Below are positions 1 to 11,900 of a stretch of DNA of 64,000 nucleotides, piece after piece. The stretch's first letter is position 1. Every line of letters starts with the position of its first letter. The stretch spans positions 6,160,266 to 6,224,265 of the forward strand of contig CM082591.2 of assembly GCA_040954595.2 (NCBI GenBank), in the 5' to 3' direction. The stretch comes from Balanoglossus misakiensis. Lineage: Eukaryota; Animalia; Hemichordata. Position numbers and translations under genes: made by a program. A model generated the notes under the pieces. That model did not search any database, was not told the DNA's origin, and saw only the letters and a list, made by a program, of their open reading frames with translations.

Positions 1-405
1 TAAAGCGTAAAGGTTATACAGAGTGACCTACTTTTGTATTTGAGACGTAGCTAGACGCCTGCTTTGTTCAGGCAGCGGACACTCTTTACAAATGTGAAAC
101 GGGGGCATTTGAACACATCTTCCACTCACCTCAAACTGTTCACACGTATGTTGTGAGTTTTAGCGGAGAAACACAAAACGTGACCTGCAGATATACGCTC
201 TCATCAGTGCGTATAATGTACTGTGTATATCGTGTCGTACACGTCTGCAGTGTTTGAGTGATTGTTTGCAGTTAGAAAGTGTTGCTACAAATGCATAATA
301 GGTGTAGCATATCGCCCAACTCTGAACATCATGTCACATCAAAACCATCGCCTTTGTTATATGTTACATCCTTTCATAATCTTTTTGTGACTTATTTCCA
401 CCCAG

Positions 406-3400
406 GAAACATGCCAATCATTCTTGCGCCGTGTACTCGAATTGCAAGATACCGATTTATGTGAAGATGACGCCGTCAACATGATCATTCTGAGAGAGGA
501 ACTTGAAACGTATCTACATGGATATGATTTTAAAGGGTGGGTGCGCTAGTCAGTTGTTTTACTAAAGTAATCACCATGCCACCGTACGTGAATGCACATG
601 TACGTCAAGCGAGTAACAGCCGCCATAGACTCTGTCAACCATGTAATATCACGTTTTCCTATGTCACGTGGTACGGTCTCAGCCAATCAAGAGTATGTGA
701 GGTGTAATCAATTTGTTTCGTAACCGAGTACTTTCTCTGTAGTTACTGCAAACCCGTTCTTCGTAATGAAGGATATCCGGTGCAATTTGGACAGAGTTGT
801 CAACAATATGAACTACCGGAATGGAGAGGATTACGACAAGTTGTTCTCAAGACTAGAGCAATTTCCACAACAGGTATACATACAGTTGAGATATTTATCT
901 AAATATACTATTAGTTGGAAGGGGTCGTCGCGTCGCGTTTGTTTGTTTATGAACAGTACAATTCATCCACAAATCCCTGAAATTAGATAATTCTTAGAAT
1001 GAACGCAGCAGCCAACCATAGCGTAGACTGGGCATGACAGCAACTGATGATCCTAGTAATAGGTCGTGGCGACTGCATGAGGTTTGTGCTAGTATGGGGA
1101 GGACATATTCTCATCACGGGGACACCCACACGGCGCGACGACCCCTTCCCTTTAATGTGTTTTAGTGTGATTTATGTGCCATGTATACAAAGCTTGGGCC
1201 AAAAAGTATTTCTGTGTCAACCTTTGTTTCCGGTAGGTGGAAAGCTTTATTACATTGATGCGGCACGGAATACAAGAAGGAGTTGTTCCTCACGTGATAG
1301 CAATGGTAACTATGCAACACCTTATGCAACTCTATGGAGTTTTTTTCTTTCAGTGGTAAACATAAGGTTTGCACCACAAAAACATTCACTGTCAACAAAA
1401 GCTAATGCGAGAACCAGGGATTGAAAATTGTCCAATCAATTTCTTTATTTCCCGTGCAATGCAGGACATAGCAGTAACTAGTTTACAACAGCTGTTACTG
1501 CAGAGCCCAGAGGCCACTTCGTTCTATCGACCTTTCCTGCAACTGAACGATCTGAAAACCATCCCTTCTGAAAGGTACTTTCTCTAGTTATTATAACAAA
1601 GAAAACTCATATACACCAGCGTTGGCCATTTAATATTCATGATCTTGAAAATCATACCGTGATTACGAAGAAATACAAGATGATTACTAACTCGTATTAA
1701 CAAATTTCTCACTGAGAAAATATATGTTGTTTGCAATTTTTTGAATTATTGGGTAAAAGTGCCTCAGATATCAGATATTCTTTTCAAGGGGAATGTTTAG
1801 AGCTTTAGGAGCATGTTTTTCGCGTTTGATATTGCCAACACTACAATTTTATATCTGGCACTGGTAATAAATACAGTTTCTGTTTTTACTCATCAGGAAA
1901 TGTGAGATTGGAAGGAAAGGTGCCCAAATGATTAAGAATGAAATACTGGGCTCGTTTCAAAAGCTACTAGCCTTCCTGCAAGAGGTAGGATATTGCACCT
2001 TTTAATTCGGATTTTATCTACGATTATTATCGCACATACATGTAATGAAAATGTGCAATAGTTTTGTCGTTTGTGGGAATTCATAGTGATAGTCTGACAG
2101 GATTATCCCAACATACCATCAAGCTATGTTACCACTTTTCACCCATTTCCAAATGAAAAAAAACACAGTGTCAATTCCTCAACCAAAAGACCAAGCGTTT
2201 CAGTAAAAAAAGAACAGTCGCAAATAATACCACCAGCACTGTTCTTCCACGATCCGAACATCATTTTCTTTTCAATGTTTGCTTGATCAAGTAACATGCA
2301 CTACTTATAACGAATAAGACGTAAAGTCAAATCATTGAAGGGTATATCGACATGTTTATGTTAAATAAAGAAGTTATGTTACAATGTTCGAAAAAGAGTC
2401 AGTCTGACGTCACCATTCGCTTTTCTTCCGAGTACAATCATTGCGAATGACAACTGTGTACAAAAAACTAGGTGAGTGTTGAAAATCTCGCATGGTCGAC
2501 ACAATTTCAAGAGGAAGATTGTTGCCATGGTTAAGAAATGGGAGTTCATAAGCTAAAGTGATATTCGTTAATTCTGATACTTTGTAACAGTCAAAAATAA
2601 AAAATGTGTAAGAGTTGATTGACTTTAATATGTCAACTACTAAGGCAGAAATGTTTGCCCAAAAGAAGTCATGAATTACAGTAAACATATTTCTTCTATC
2701 TCTTACTACAGTGAGTTGTCGACTTTTTACCCAGAATGCAATTATTATAATGAGATTTGACCCCCTAGCACAAAGTGAAAACCTATTTAAGGCAGAAACA
2801 AACAATGACTCTTTCGACATGTCTTATCACAGGAATACATCCCAAATGTGACATCAGATATTGCCTGTGTATCCCTGCGTCGAGGCAAAGCTCTTTACCA
2901 GGCCTGCTTGAAATTTCATTTGAACTATGACCTGACTCCGCAGGAAGTGCATGACATTGGTCTGCAGGAGGTCGAAAGGATTAAAGCGAATATGCAGAAG
3001 GTGATGCTAGAGTTAATGATTTTTTTTTGCTGAAGGTGGCGCTATTGGTATAATATGCTTTGATATCCTCGAGTGGTTTTGTTTATGGCTTCAATGTTTT
3101 GAAAATATAAGATGGTATGGGGTCACACAGGGACCATAAGACGTTTCTGAAACGTCTCAGATAAAATACTGGCGTAAATTATCATGTGTGAACGGTCCTG
3201 AATCATCCCAGTGTGACCGTGGTAAAATACAGTTCTGGATGTGATATCACGGATTTTCAGTGGGTGGCACACGCGAATAAAAAATGGCGCCACCATGTGT
3301 TCTTTAGAACGCTCAAATACGCCATTTCAGCCATATATGGGCGTATGTAAATTGGAGGTGACTGTATACCTTTAATAAGTTCATAATTGGCTGCAGCTTT

Positions 3401-6400
3401 TGATTGAAACATGCATTAACATTCTGAGTATGAAATATGTCTTACTTGTCTAGGTACTCTCGTCTTAAAGTAAATCTGATTATTGTTCCAATCTTACTGA
3501 GTTTTATTCCTGGCGAATGTTTTTCATCCCGGTATCCTTCAGAACTGTATATCCTGATTTTGTAGGTTATGAAAGAAGTTGGATTTGATGGGAATATCGC
3601 CGAATTCTTTGAATTCATGCGGACAAGTAAACAATTTTATTATGACACAAAGGTAAGGTTGTTGGGGGTATTCATTGATAAAATTGCGTGGTGGTAAGTG
3701 GATGTTCCAGTCACGCCAATAATATAATGCAATATATGATTCTTCGCTCATTGCATGAACTAACGAGATTTTGTTAACTACCATAGCAATGGGCCGCTTT
3801 GTACATGTAATATTTCAATAGAGTAGGCGTTGAGTAGTTTGTTGAATTTGCAACTTTCGTTCTGTTTAACACGACGGGCCGTGTGTTGCTTGTCCGGTGT
3901 CACGTGAGAATCTCGTCCAATGAACGTCTTAGCCATTCGAGATCTCGCAGGGTCTCGCGGAGTTCGAGATTGGGCTATTGCGCATGACCAATACCCGGTT
4001 CCTCAATTCATGGCAAAATCACCGACGGTATATCCAATTGTGTTTTCCCGGTGCTATTTTGATGATGGACTCATCCAGGAAGATCTACTGAATGGATTTC
4101 GTGACATTATGGAACGAATACGCCGAGAACTCCCACGGTACTTCAGAAATATCCCAAACGTGGAACTGAGGCAAGTTGGCAGTATTTGTTTCAAATGCAA
4201 TTACCCGGTTCCACGGAATTCGCAAAAGTGGAATGCTTAAAGGAACAAAGTCTCTCTCTCGCTGCCTTTTTTCCCCATTAATTATGTTTGATACAAGACA
4301 CTGTTTATGTTTATGTACATGTGTATATGTAGTGAATAAATGATCAACCACACAAAACTTCCATCCCACTTGTATGATATGAGAGTAAAAAATCGCCCAA
4401 AATGAATAAATGGTAAAGAACGATTATTCATTTTGGCGAGTTTTTACTCTCATATCCTACAAACGAGATGGAAGTTGTTTGTGGTTGAACGTTCATTTGC
4501 TATATATCCACATGTAGAATAACAAACAGTGTCTTGTATCAAATATAATTAATGGAAAAGGGGAAGCGAGAGAGAGACTTTGTTCCTTTAAGGCTGTTAG
4601 TGATTTTATCTTGAAGAAAAGATCGCCAATGAAGAGGGAATCGTTTCCCCTTCATATTGTTTCCACACTAAACTTCAGTAGATTCTTTTTGTACATATGC
4701 TTCACGCAAACCATTCTCTATATCGCGTTACTCAACTTCACACACAGCGCTGACATAACCTAAACTACTATGAATCACCACTGGAGACGCGTTGGCAATA
4801 ATAATAAATTTATTTATAGTAACAAACATGGAATTTTAGAAGCAAAATGACAATCGCTTTGCAAGCATACAGCTCTATGTAATCATCAAATATGTCGTCA
4901 CATTTATGGCAAGTAAAATTAAGCTATTAATCACATTTCCATACATTCACTTCCCTTTAGAGTACAGGATATTACGTACAACTCGAAGAATGCTAATTAT
5001 GCACATTACATTGGTCCATCGCTGGACGGAAAGAAACCAGGGACAGTTTTTGTAAACTGCTACAACCCCGAGTCCAGGTGATATACAATTCTCACAACTG
5101 TAGTTTTATTGTCTCTTCTGTACTACTGTATAACACTTTATTTTCGCGAGTTAAAATTTTCACGATATCGAGAGAGGCCAATGTTTCGCGAGTATTAATT
5201 TTCGCGTTCTCTTAGTTCATTCACCTCGTCGTTATCTTAAAACAAATTACGCGACTATTTACATCGTTATCTTAAAAAAAATACGCGACTATTTATTTTC
5301 ACTCTATTTTGGCTCTCGCGTATTTGGCGAAAATTTATTTCTCGCGAAAATAAAGTGTTTTACAGTATTTAGAGATTGTTTTACCCGGTTTGTTCCACTG
5401 TACAGTCTTACTTCCAGGACACATAACTTTGAAAGAAACACGCCACAACACGTACTTCATTTTTTTTTCTCAAGGCCAAAATATGAAATGATGGCGATAG
5501 CACTGCATGAAACAGAGCCCGGCCACCACCTTCAATTCTCGTACAGTTATAGCATGGACAACTGGCCTGGCTACCGACGATGTAAAGATGAACGGCAGTA
5601 TTGTATCACGCCTTCCCGGTTTCCGCACCATTGTGCCTACATAGAGGCGAGTACCACATAAAGTATTCACATGATGACTGACAATGAGGGCAACAGTGTT
5701 TTTTGTAACACAGCATCATTTCGATCAGTTTCTGTCCGGTACTGTTGTCCCGTCTTGATATAATTCCGTGTGTGGTGTGTTACAAAACACATGACGACTG
5801 ACATATTCGAGCAAAAGTGTATTTTTGATGACCACGGGACTGCTAGTCACTACTAAAACAGTCTTGTTTTTCCCGAGGGCATAGCCCGAGAGAAAACAGA
5901 CTGTTCTGGTGTGACTGGCAGTCCCGAGGTCATCAAAAATACACTGTTAGCCGAATATGCCAGTCATCATGTGTTTTATAACACACCAAACACGACACAC
6001 AGCACATCCAGGCAACAGTACTGGGCAGAAACCGATCGAACTGACGCCTTAGGGAACAGTTCGAGATGACCTAGGTCACGTGAGGGCGTATTGACGAATA
6101 AGGAATTGTTGTCAAAGTGGTTGAAGAAGCGCATGTGCAGTGGACGTTTTGGGGGGAATCCTTCAAGCCATATTACAATGGCTGACATTAGAACGAGTCA
6201 GTGGTGTTTTCACGAATGTGAAAGGGTACGCCCATATGAACATGACCTTCTAGTAACCACAAGATGATAACGCTATATTACAGTGATGTGATTCAATGCA
6301 ATGTTCTCTTTGATGACTATATAAATAATCTTTGTCGACCAATGCATTAACAGTACCAAAGCTTATCTGGTGACATTTTATTTTTCAGGGATGGGGAATG

Positions 6401-7939
6401 TACTGTGAGTTTCTTGGTGAAGAGATGGGAATGTATGATGATCCGTACGCCTTGTAAGTTAAAACTGTAGCAATAGTATATTTGAGAGCTTGCGTGATGC
6501 AGTCACGGTATATGTTATTCAATTACTTGAGATTTTAGTATGCGAAAACATTTAAATGTCGCGCCTATACAGAGTGGCGGGGCCCATTTGTCCTTGTACA
6601 GCGTATACCGGCTAACATCTGTGTCCTTATCGAAGTCAGCTTTGTGTGGCGAACGATTCCGTTTTTAAAACAATGCCTGTCCATTTATCACACACTGATT
6701 GCAAAACACAGCTAATTGAAGAATCTCCATCTTTAGATTTGGTCGGTATAGTCAGGAAATGCAGAGAGCCTGTCGTTTGGTTGTAGACACGGGAATCCAC
6801 GCCTTTGGTTGGAGTGTGGAACGAGCAGCTGATTATATGCATCAGAATATGCCTATGGCGCGTGAACTGATTATTATTCAAATACACAGATTTATAGCTT
6901 CCCCCGGACAGGTAAGAGGAAATAGACGTTTTTTTCCCGTTCAATGCGAGATCTCGCGAGACTTCATTATTTACAATAGCATGGGGTTAAAGTGAACCCG
7001 TCCTCGCGCCGCGCTTGCGCACTGGGTCAATAGATTTTACCCGTGTGGCCAGTGAGTCCCACGCAACGACGGCCCCACTCAACAGACTCAGTGCGCAAGC
7101 GCGGCGCGACGACAGGTTCCCTTTAAGGTTCCTTCTCAAGTCACTATGAAACGAGAATATTTGCAGGATTTAACAAAACATGTAGCTTTTGTGTCGGTTA
7201 ATACATAAATACGTTAGGCCGTGTTGTTGGTCATGTATCTCATGATTATTCCCTGCCATATAAATTGGCTAACCACGCGAGATCTCGCAGAGATCTCATA
7301 AATGCTCCATCACATCTCTTTTCATCGCTTTACACCGTTGTTCCTGAATAGGTTACTAGACGTCAGTATTTGTTTGTCTTGTCAACTACATGTATGTTGA
7401 ACGTCACCAGAGAAGCTGTGGCAAATACCAAACCGTGAAAACATAATTATCAGAATTGTTTGTTTTTGGCAGTATACTCAACGGTATATTTGCTTAACCT
7501 AATAGCCAATAAAGTTACATCTTTCCCTCTTCATGTAATAGGCATGTGCATACACCATTGGCCTGATGAAAATCAAAGAACTCCGGCAAAGGGCCCAAGA
7601 TAGACTAGGTATGTTGCAGTTTAATTAATTCAGGATAAAATTGTGTAAATCCGAGAGTTCTTCCTTGGCAAGCTAGCAGCCAAGCATCATGACTATACAT
7701 ATTTTATTCATTGTACGATTTCATTTGCAAATATTCCAAACATGTATCAGTAAAGTTGAAATTTCAATTCTCAGTTTGTTCTACCTTCGTAATTTTATCA
7801 ATTGTTTCATTTTTTTTCAGGAGACAAGTTTGATATTAAAGACTTCCATGATGCGGTCCTATCTTGCGGAATGGTACCACTGACTGTACTGGAATTGCTT
7901 ATTGACAAGTACATCGAGAAAGCAGTAAAGACCGAATAA
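406..7939 (+). CDS. DUF885-family protein (putative metallopeptidase-like), multi-exon, 5' end outside the window; one apparent frameshift
   Basis: Exons at about 406-536, 743-873, 1238-1306, 1464-1574, 1897-1984, 2833-3000, 3566-3652, 4079-4170, 4961-5077, 5474-5646, 6389-6453, 6737-6911, 7542-7608 and 7821-7939 (TAA). They give family-typical peptides: EDYDKLFSRLEQFPQQ, LTPQEVHDIGLQEVERI, PSLDGKKPGTVFVN, ALHETEPGHHLQ, AYIE|GWGMYCE, RACRLVVDTGIHAFGWS, PGQACAY and FDIKDFHDAVL. Confidence 0.88.
4241..4587. mobile_element. Kolobok-like hairpin MITE (347 bp)
   Basis: TTAA on both flanks (4237-4240, 4588-4591). Termini are AGGAACAAAGTCTCTCTCTCGC...GCGAGAGAGAGACTTTGTTCCT and nearly the whole element is an imperfect inverted repeat. 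A similar right end occurs at about 36477-36533. Confidence 0.8.
5126..5365. mobile_element. TA-flanked MITE
   Basis: TA|CTGTATAACACTTTATTTTCGCGAG ... CTCGCGAAAATAAAGTGTTTTACAG|TA, with internal repeated TTTTCGCG motifs. Confidence 0.7.
5714..6047. repeat. Foldback (hairpin) element, probably a non-autonomous transposon
   Basis: Imperfect inverted arms of about 160 bp (e.g. AAAACACATGACGACTGACATATTCG / CGAATATGCCAGTCATCATGTGTTTT) centred on CCCGAGGGCATAGCCCGAG at about 5872-5890. Confidence 0.65.
6991..7122. mobile_element. Very small Kolobok-like MITE (132 bp)
   Basis: TTAA flanks at 6987-6990 and 7123-7126. Inverted arms AGTGAACCCGTCCTCGCGCCGCGCTTGCGCACTG / CAGTGCGCAAGCGCGGCGCGACGACAGGTTCCCT. 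Confidence 0.7.
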
Positions 7940-8983
7940 TACACTCGCGTTTGTATTGATAGGTTAAGATGACACTGAATTCTGAAATCTGGCTGAGAAG
8001 TACAACGATTAAACATTAGAATAATATTCACAGTGGGGCGTGGAACGAACAAGTCGAAGACCACGCGATCTTGTCTACTAACCCAACTGCATATCCACTG
8101 GTGCATGGCGCTGTACAAATTCTGTTACACTATGTTACTATATACTACGCCATCACTCTGAGCCAGCCGACCGTGTTATAGGCTACCTACCCACTTAAGA
8201 CCGGGTGGTGTTACTAGCTGGCTACTAGCTTTCAAACAAATCTGCCATCGGTAAATTAGACACAGCCTTTTCACACACAACTGCTTCAGAATAGAGTGTT
8301 GGCCGTGAAAAGCCTGTGTGATATTTGATTACCCACAGCACTGTATGGTAGCGGAGAAAGATAAGAAATAGCTAACGTGTGTTAGTTAAATTGTTACGAG
8401 GATAAGTCGCCACAGAAACAATCGTAGATTTTCGTTCGGTCACACGGACCAGCTGAATGGCAAATCTTTGGGTATGACCACAATCGCGTGAAGGTTGTTT
8501 GTTACACAGCGAAGCTGTTCCGAAGCCTCGTAAACAAATCTCACCAATGCACACGCATTTCGAAGTTCGGAAGGTGTTTTCACTCACAAAAATGCAAAAT
8601 CAGCATCGATGCCAGCAATTCCATGTCAAAATTCATACCTGCTATCCTGTCTTTGCGTTAATAAGGATCCTATATGTTCAGGGCGATTTCTGTGGGACTC
8701 ATGCTTTGTACACGCTCAGTCGACCTTCCCGGACAGTCTTGAATGTAGTGCTGTTGTTATTGGCTATCTATACACACATTCTCAGTAGGCAACCTATCAC
8801 AGTGCCGCTACTTTCCAGCGGCATATGAAGTAGAGCGAAAGTGGATGTGGTTTCATGACTCCCCCTTTCTCTAAGTCAAAGGAGCAGTTCGCCGTTTAAC
8901 AACCATCACGCAACTACTGTTGCGTGATGGTTGTTACGCGAGACAGGAGAACGGTCGTTTTCGGATTGCGGGCAGGACTGACG

Positions 8984-11900
8984 TCAATTTAGATCGCTGC
9001 CGAATAGTTCGCCAAACACTTTGAATTCACACAGAGCTGTTGCACGGGGGCCTCCCAACTTTGTTATGGTCACATATCTACCACGAAGATCATCCGACGA
9101 ACACTCATAATTTACTTCACCACTAAGTTGTCCGATGTTACCTGGCATTGTATGGCATTCTTCTAAATTCTGCATATCTACGCCAACCTTTATCACAGTG
9201 TTATGAAAAAAACCTAAAATGAGATTAAAAGTGTATACAGTTCTATTACTCGCTAATTCTGTTACTCGGTCAGCGAGGAAAACATGATTGACGTAGACAG
9301 ACCAGAGAATATATCCCGGTATCGTTGGCCATGCACCTGGCTTTTGTATACGCTAAGGAACTCTATTGTGTTAAAATACTTACATCCCATCTTTTCAGAG
9401 CAATCGTCGTTAAACACGAGGGCGAAACTGTAAACATGGTGGTCTTTTTGTAGATCGATCACCCAGGTTGGATCAGCAACATGTGGACCAGTCCTTGTAC
9501 ACGTGTTTGGGTCACCATCTACGAGATTGGGAAATGTATCCGTTAAGTTGCTGTCCGCTATCAGTCCCCTTCCAGAAACTGCCGTCTCTAGAGCAATGTT
9601 CTCTGAAATCAGAAAATTAAAGACATGAACTGGAATGGGTGGTAAACCTCCTAAAACATATGTACTGTCTCATTGTTTGCCCTTCATACATTCAATTTAA
9701 TGTGCTCACACCAACTTTCAGGTGAACAGCATGGATCAATGCTATCTGGGTCACACTCTGCAGGACTGCCATCAGGAAAGGGAAAATTGGGTCCACATCG
9801 ACGGTCGCCTCGCCATTTATTGTCTAAGTGACAATGTATACAAAGAAACAACTGAAATGTCAACAGCATGAATGTCGATGATGAGACGGAAGTAGTGAAT
9901 AAACGAAAATTTGCCGCCGCAACAACAGATCATTTGGAAGCACACCAACGGAAAATTAAACAATACACAATTTCGATCAGTTGGATCATAGGTCACTTTG
10001 AAATTTTGGGAGCAATTCGATTAAAACCCGCAGATATGTACATGGATCACAAAATTGATAACTTGCATTGTTGGGGTGAGATGAACTAAACAAAATAAAA
10101 TATGCATGGGAGGTCTATGGGTTTGCAATAAATGCTTAAATTTCATCAATTTGAAATCATTGCGGCCATCTTAAATCGACATACGGCAACTAAATAACAT
10201 ATATTAATGCATACAAGAAAATGTGTTTCTATAAAATGGCTGCTACTCACTTCTGTAGTCGATGCATTCTGAGCATGAGCAGTGAGCTGCTGTATTACCA
10301 CAATAAAATATAGATGAACAGCAAGGTAGGTTACTATCTGGGTCACACTCTGCAGGACTGCCATCAGGAAGGGGAAAACTGGGTCCACATCGACGGTCGC
10401 CTCGCCATTTATTGTCTAAGTGAAAATGTATACAAAGAAACAACTGAAATGTCAACTGCGTGAACGTCCATGATGAGACGGAAGTAGTGAATAAACGAAA
10501 ATTTGCCGCCGCAACAACAGATCATTTGGAAGCACACCAACGGAAAATTCAAACAATACACAATTTCGATCAGTTAGATCATAGGTCACTTCGAAATTTT
10601 GGGAGCGATTCGATTAAATCCCGCAGATATGTACATTGATCACAAAATTGATACCTTGCATTGTTGGGGTGAGATGAACTTAACAAAATAAAATATGCAT
10701 GGGAGGTCTATGGGTTTGCAATAAATTTGAAATCATTGCGGCCATCTTAAATCGACATACGGCAACTAAATAACATATATTAATGCATACAAGAAAATGT
10801 GTTTCTATAAAATGGCTGCTACTCACTTCTGTAGTCGATGCATTCTGAGCATGAGCAGTGAGCTGCTGTATTACCACAATAAAATATAGATGAACAGCAA
10901 GGTAGGTTACTATCTGGGTCACACTCTGCAGGACTGCCATCAGGAAGGGGAAAACTGGGTCCACATCGACGGTCACCTCGCCATTTATTGTCTAAGTGAC
11001 AATGTATACAAAGAAACAACTGAAATGTGAGCTGCATGAACGTCGATGATGAGACGGAAGTAGCGAATAAACGAAAACTTGCCGCCGCAACAACAGATCA
11101 TTTGGAAGCAAACAGTAGTTAAATCTTTATTGTTTTGACTGTTTTTGGTTAAACTGTACAAACTTAGATTTCACTAGATAAAAAAAACTGCATTGTGGGT
11201 GGTGGGAATCGCACTCAGGCCCTCCACGACGACAGATAACTTCTCTCTCTCTCTCTGATACCCCGCGAGGGGATTTATGTAGCTAAGTTTCATAAATGGT
11301 ATTCGAGCATTCAAAGCCCATGATTACAGGCGGAAGTGACGTCAACCACCCAGATTGCAGCCACGGCTCCAATTTTGACTGAGACGAAACTCAGCAAATT
11401 CGTGATAAAGTCGGTTAACGCAACTCGTAACGTGAAAATTTATGAAATATACTTAATTGCATATAGTATAGTGGTTTAAACTTTGCAATTTATCTTAACC
11501 TGTAGGGAAATATTACAGCCTGGTATAGCATATTTTTCAACAGGTTTTAACAGACCGTTTGAATTCATATTATCTCAAAATATTTCCAATCGTGTTTACA
11601 CAATATTATGGTATGACAGACATGTGATTATCGATATGTCAGGTAATTGAAATCCCTTCTCTACTTACCCCGGCAGGAATCAAACTGTACACAGGCAGGG
11701 CCAACGTGGTTGTTTGGAGTGTGCCAAAACCAGTTAGAGTTGGCTGTCGGTGACACCTCGACGCAGATATGAGAGAAACTCTCGCACTTTCTTTGGGACA
11801 GGTCAAAGCTTGGCGTGATCGCGAAGTTGATAAGCGCATTTGTACGAAAGGTCATGGGATCCGCTGTCAAGTTTGATTCAACTCTGTCACCGTTGGTCGA

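Noticed and set aside
3905-7300. Recurring GCGAGATCTCGC-type palindromes (about 3938, 6947, 7278; also about 15217)
   Set aside because: Too short and scattered to define an element or a regulatory site without genome-wide counts.
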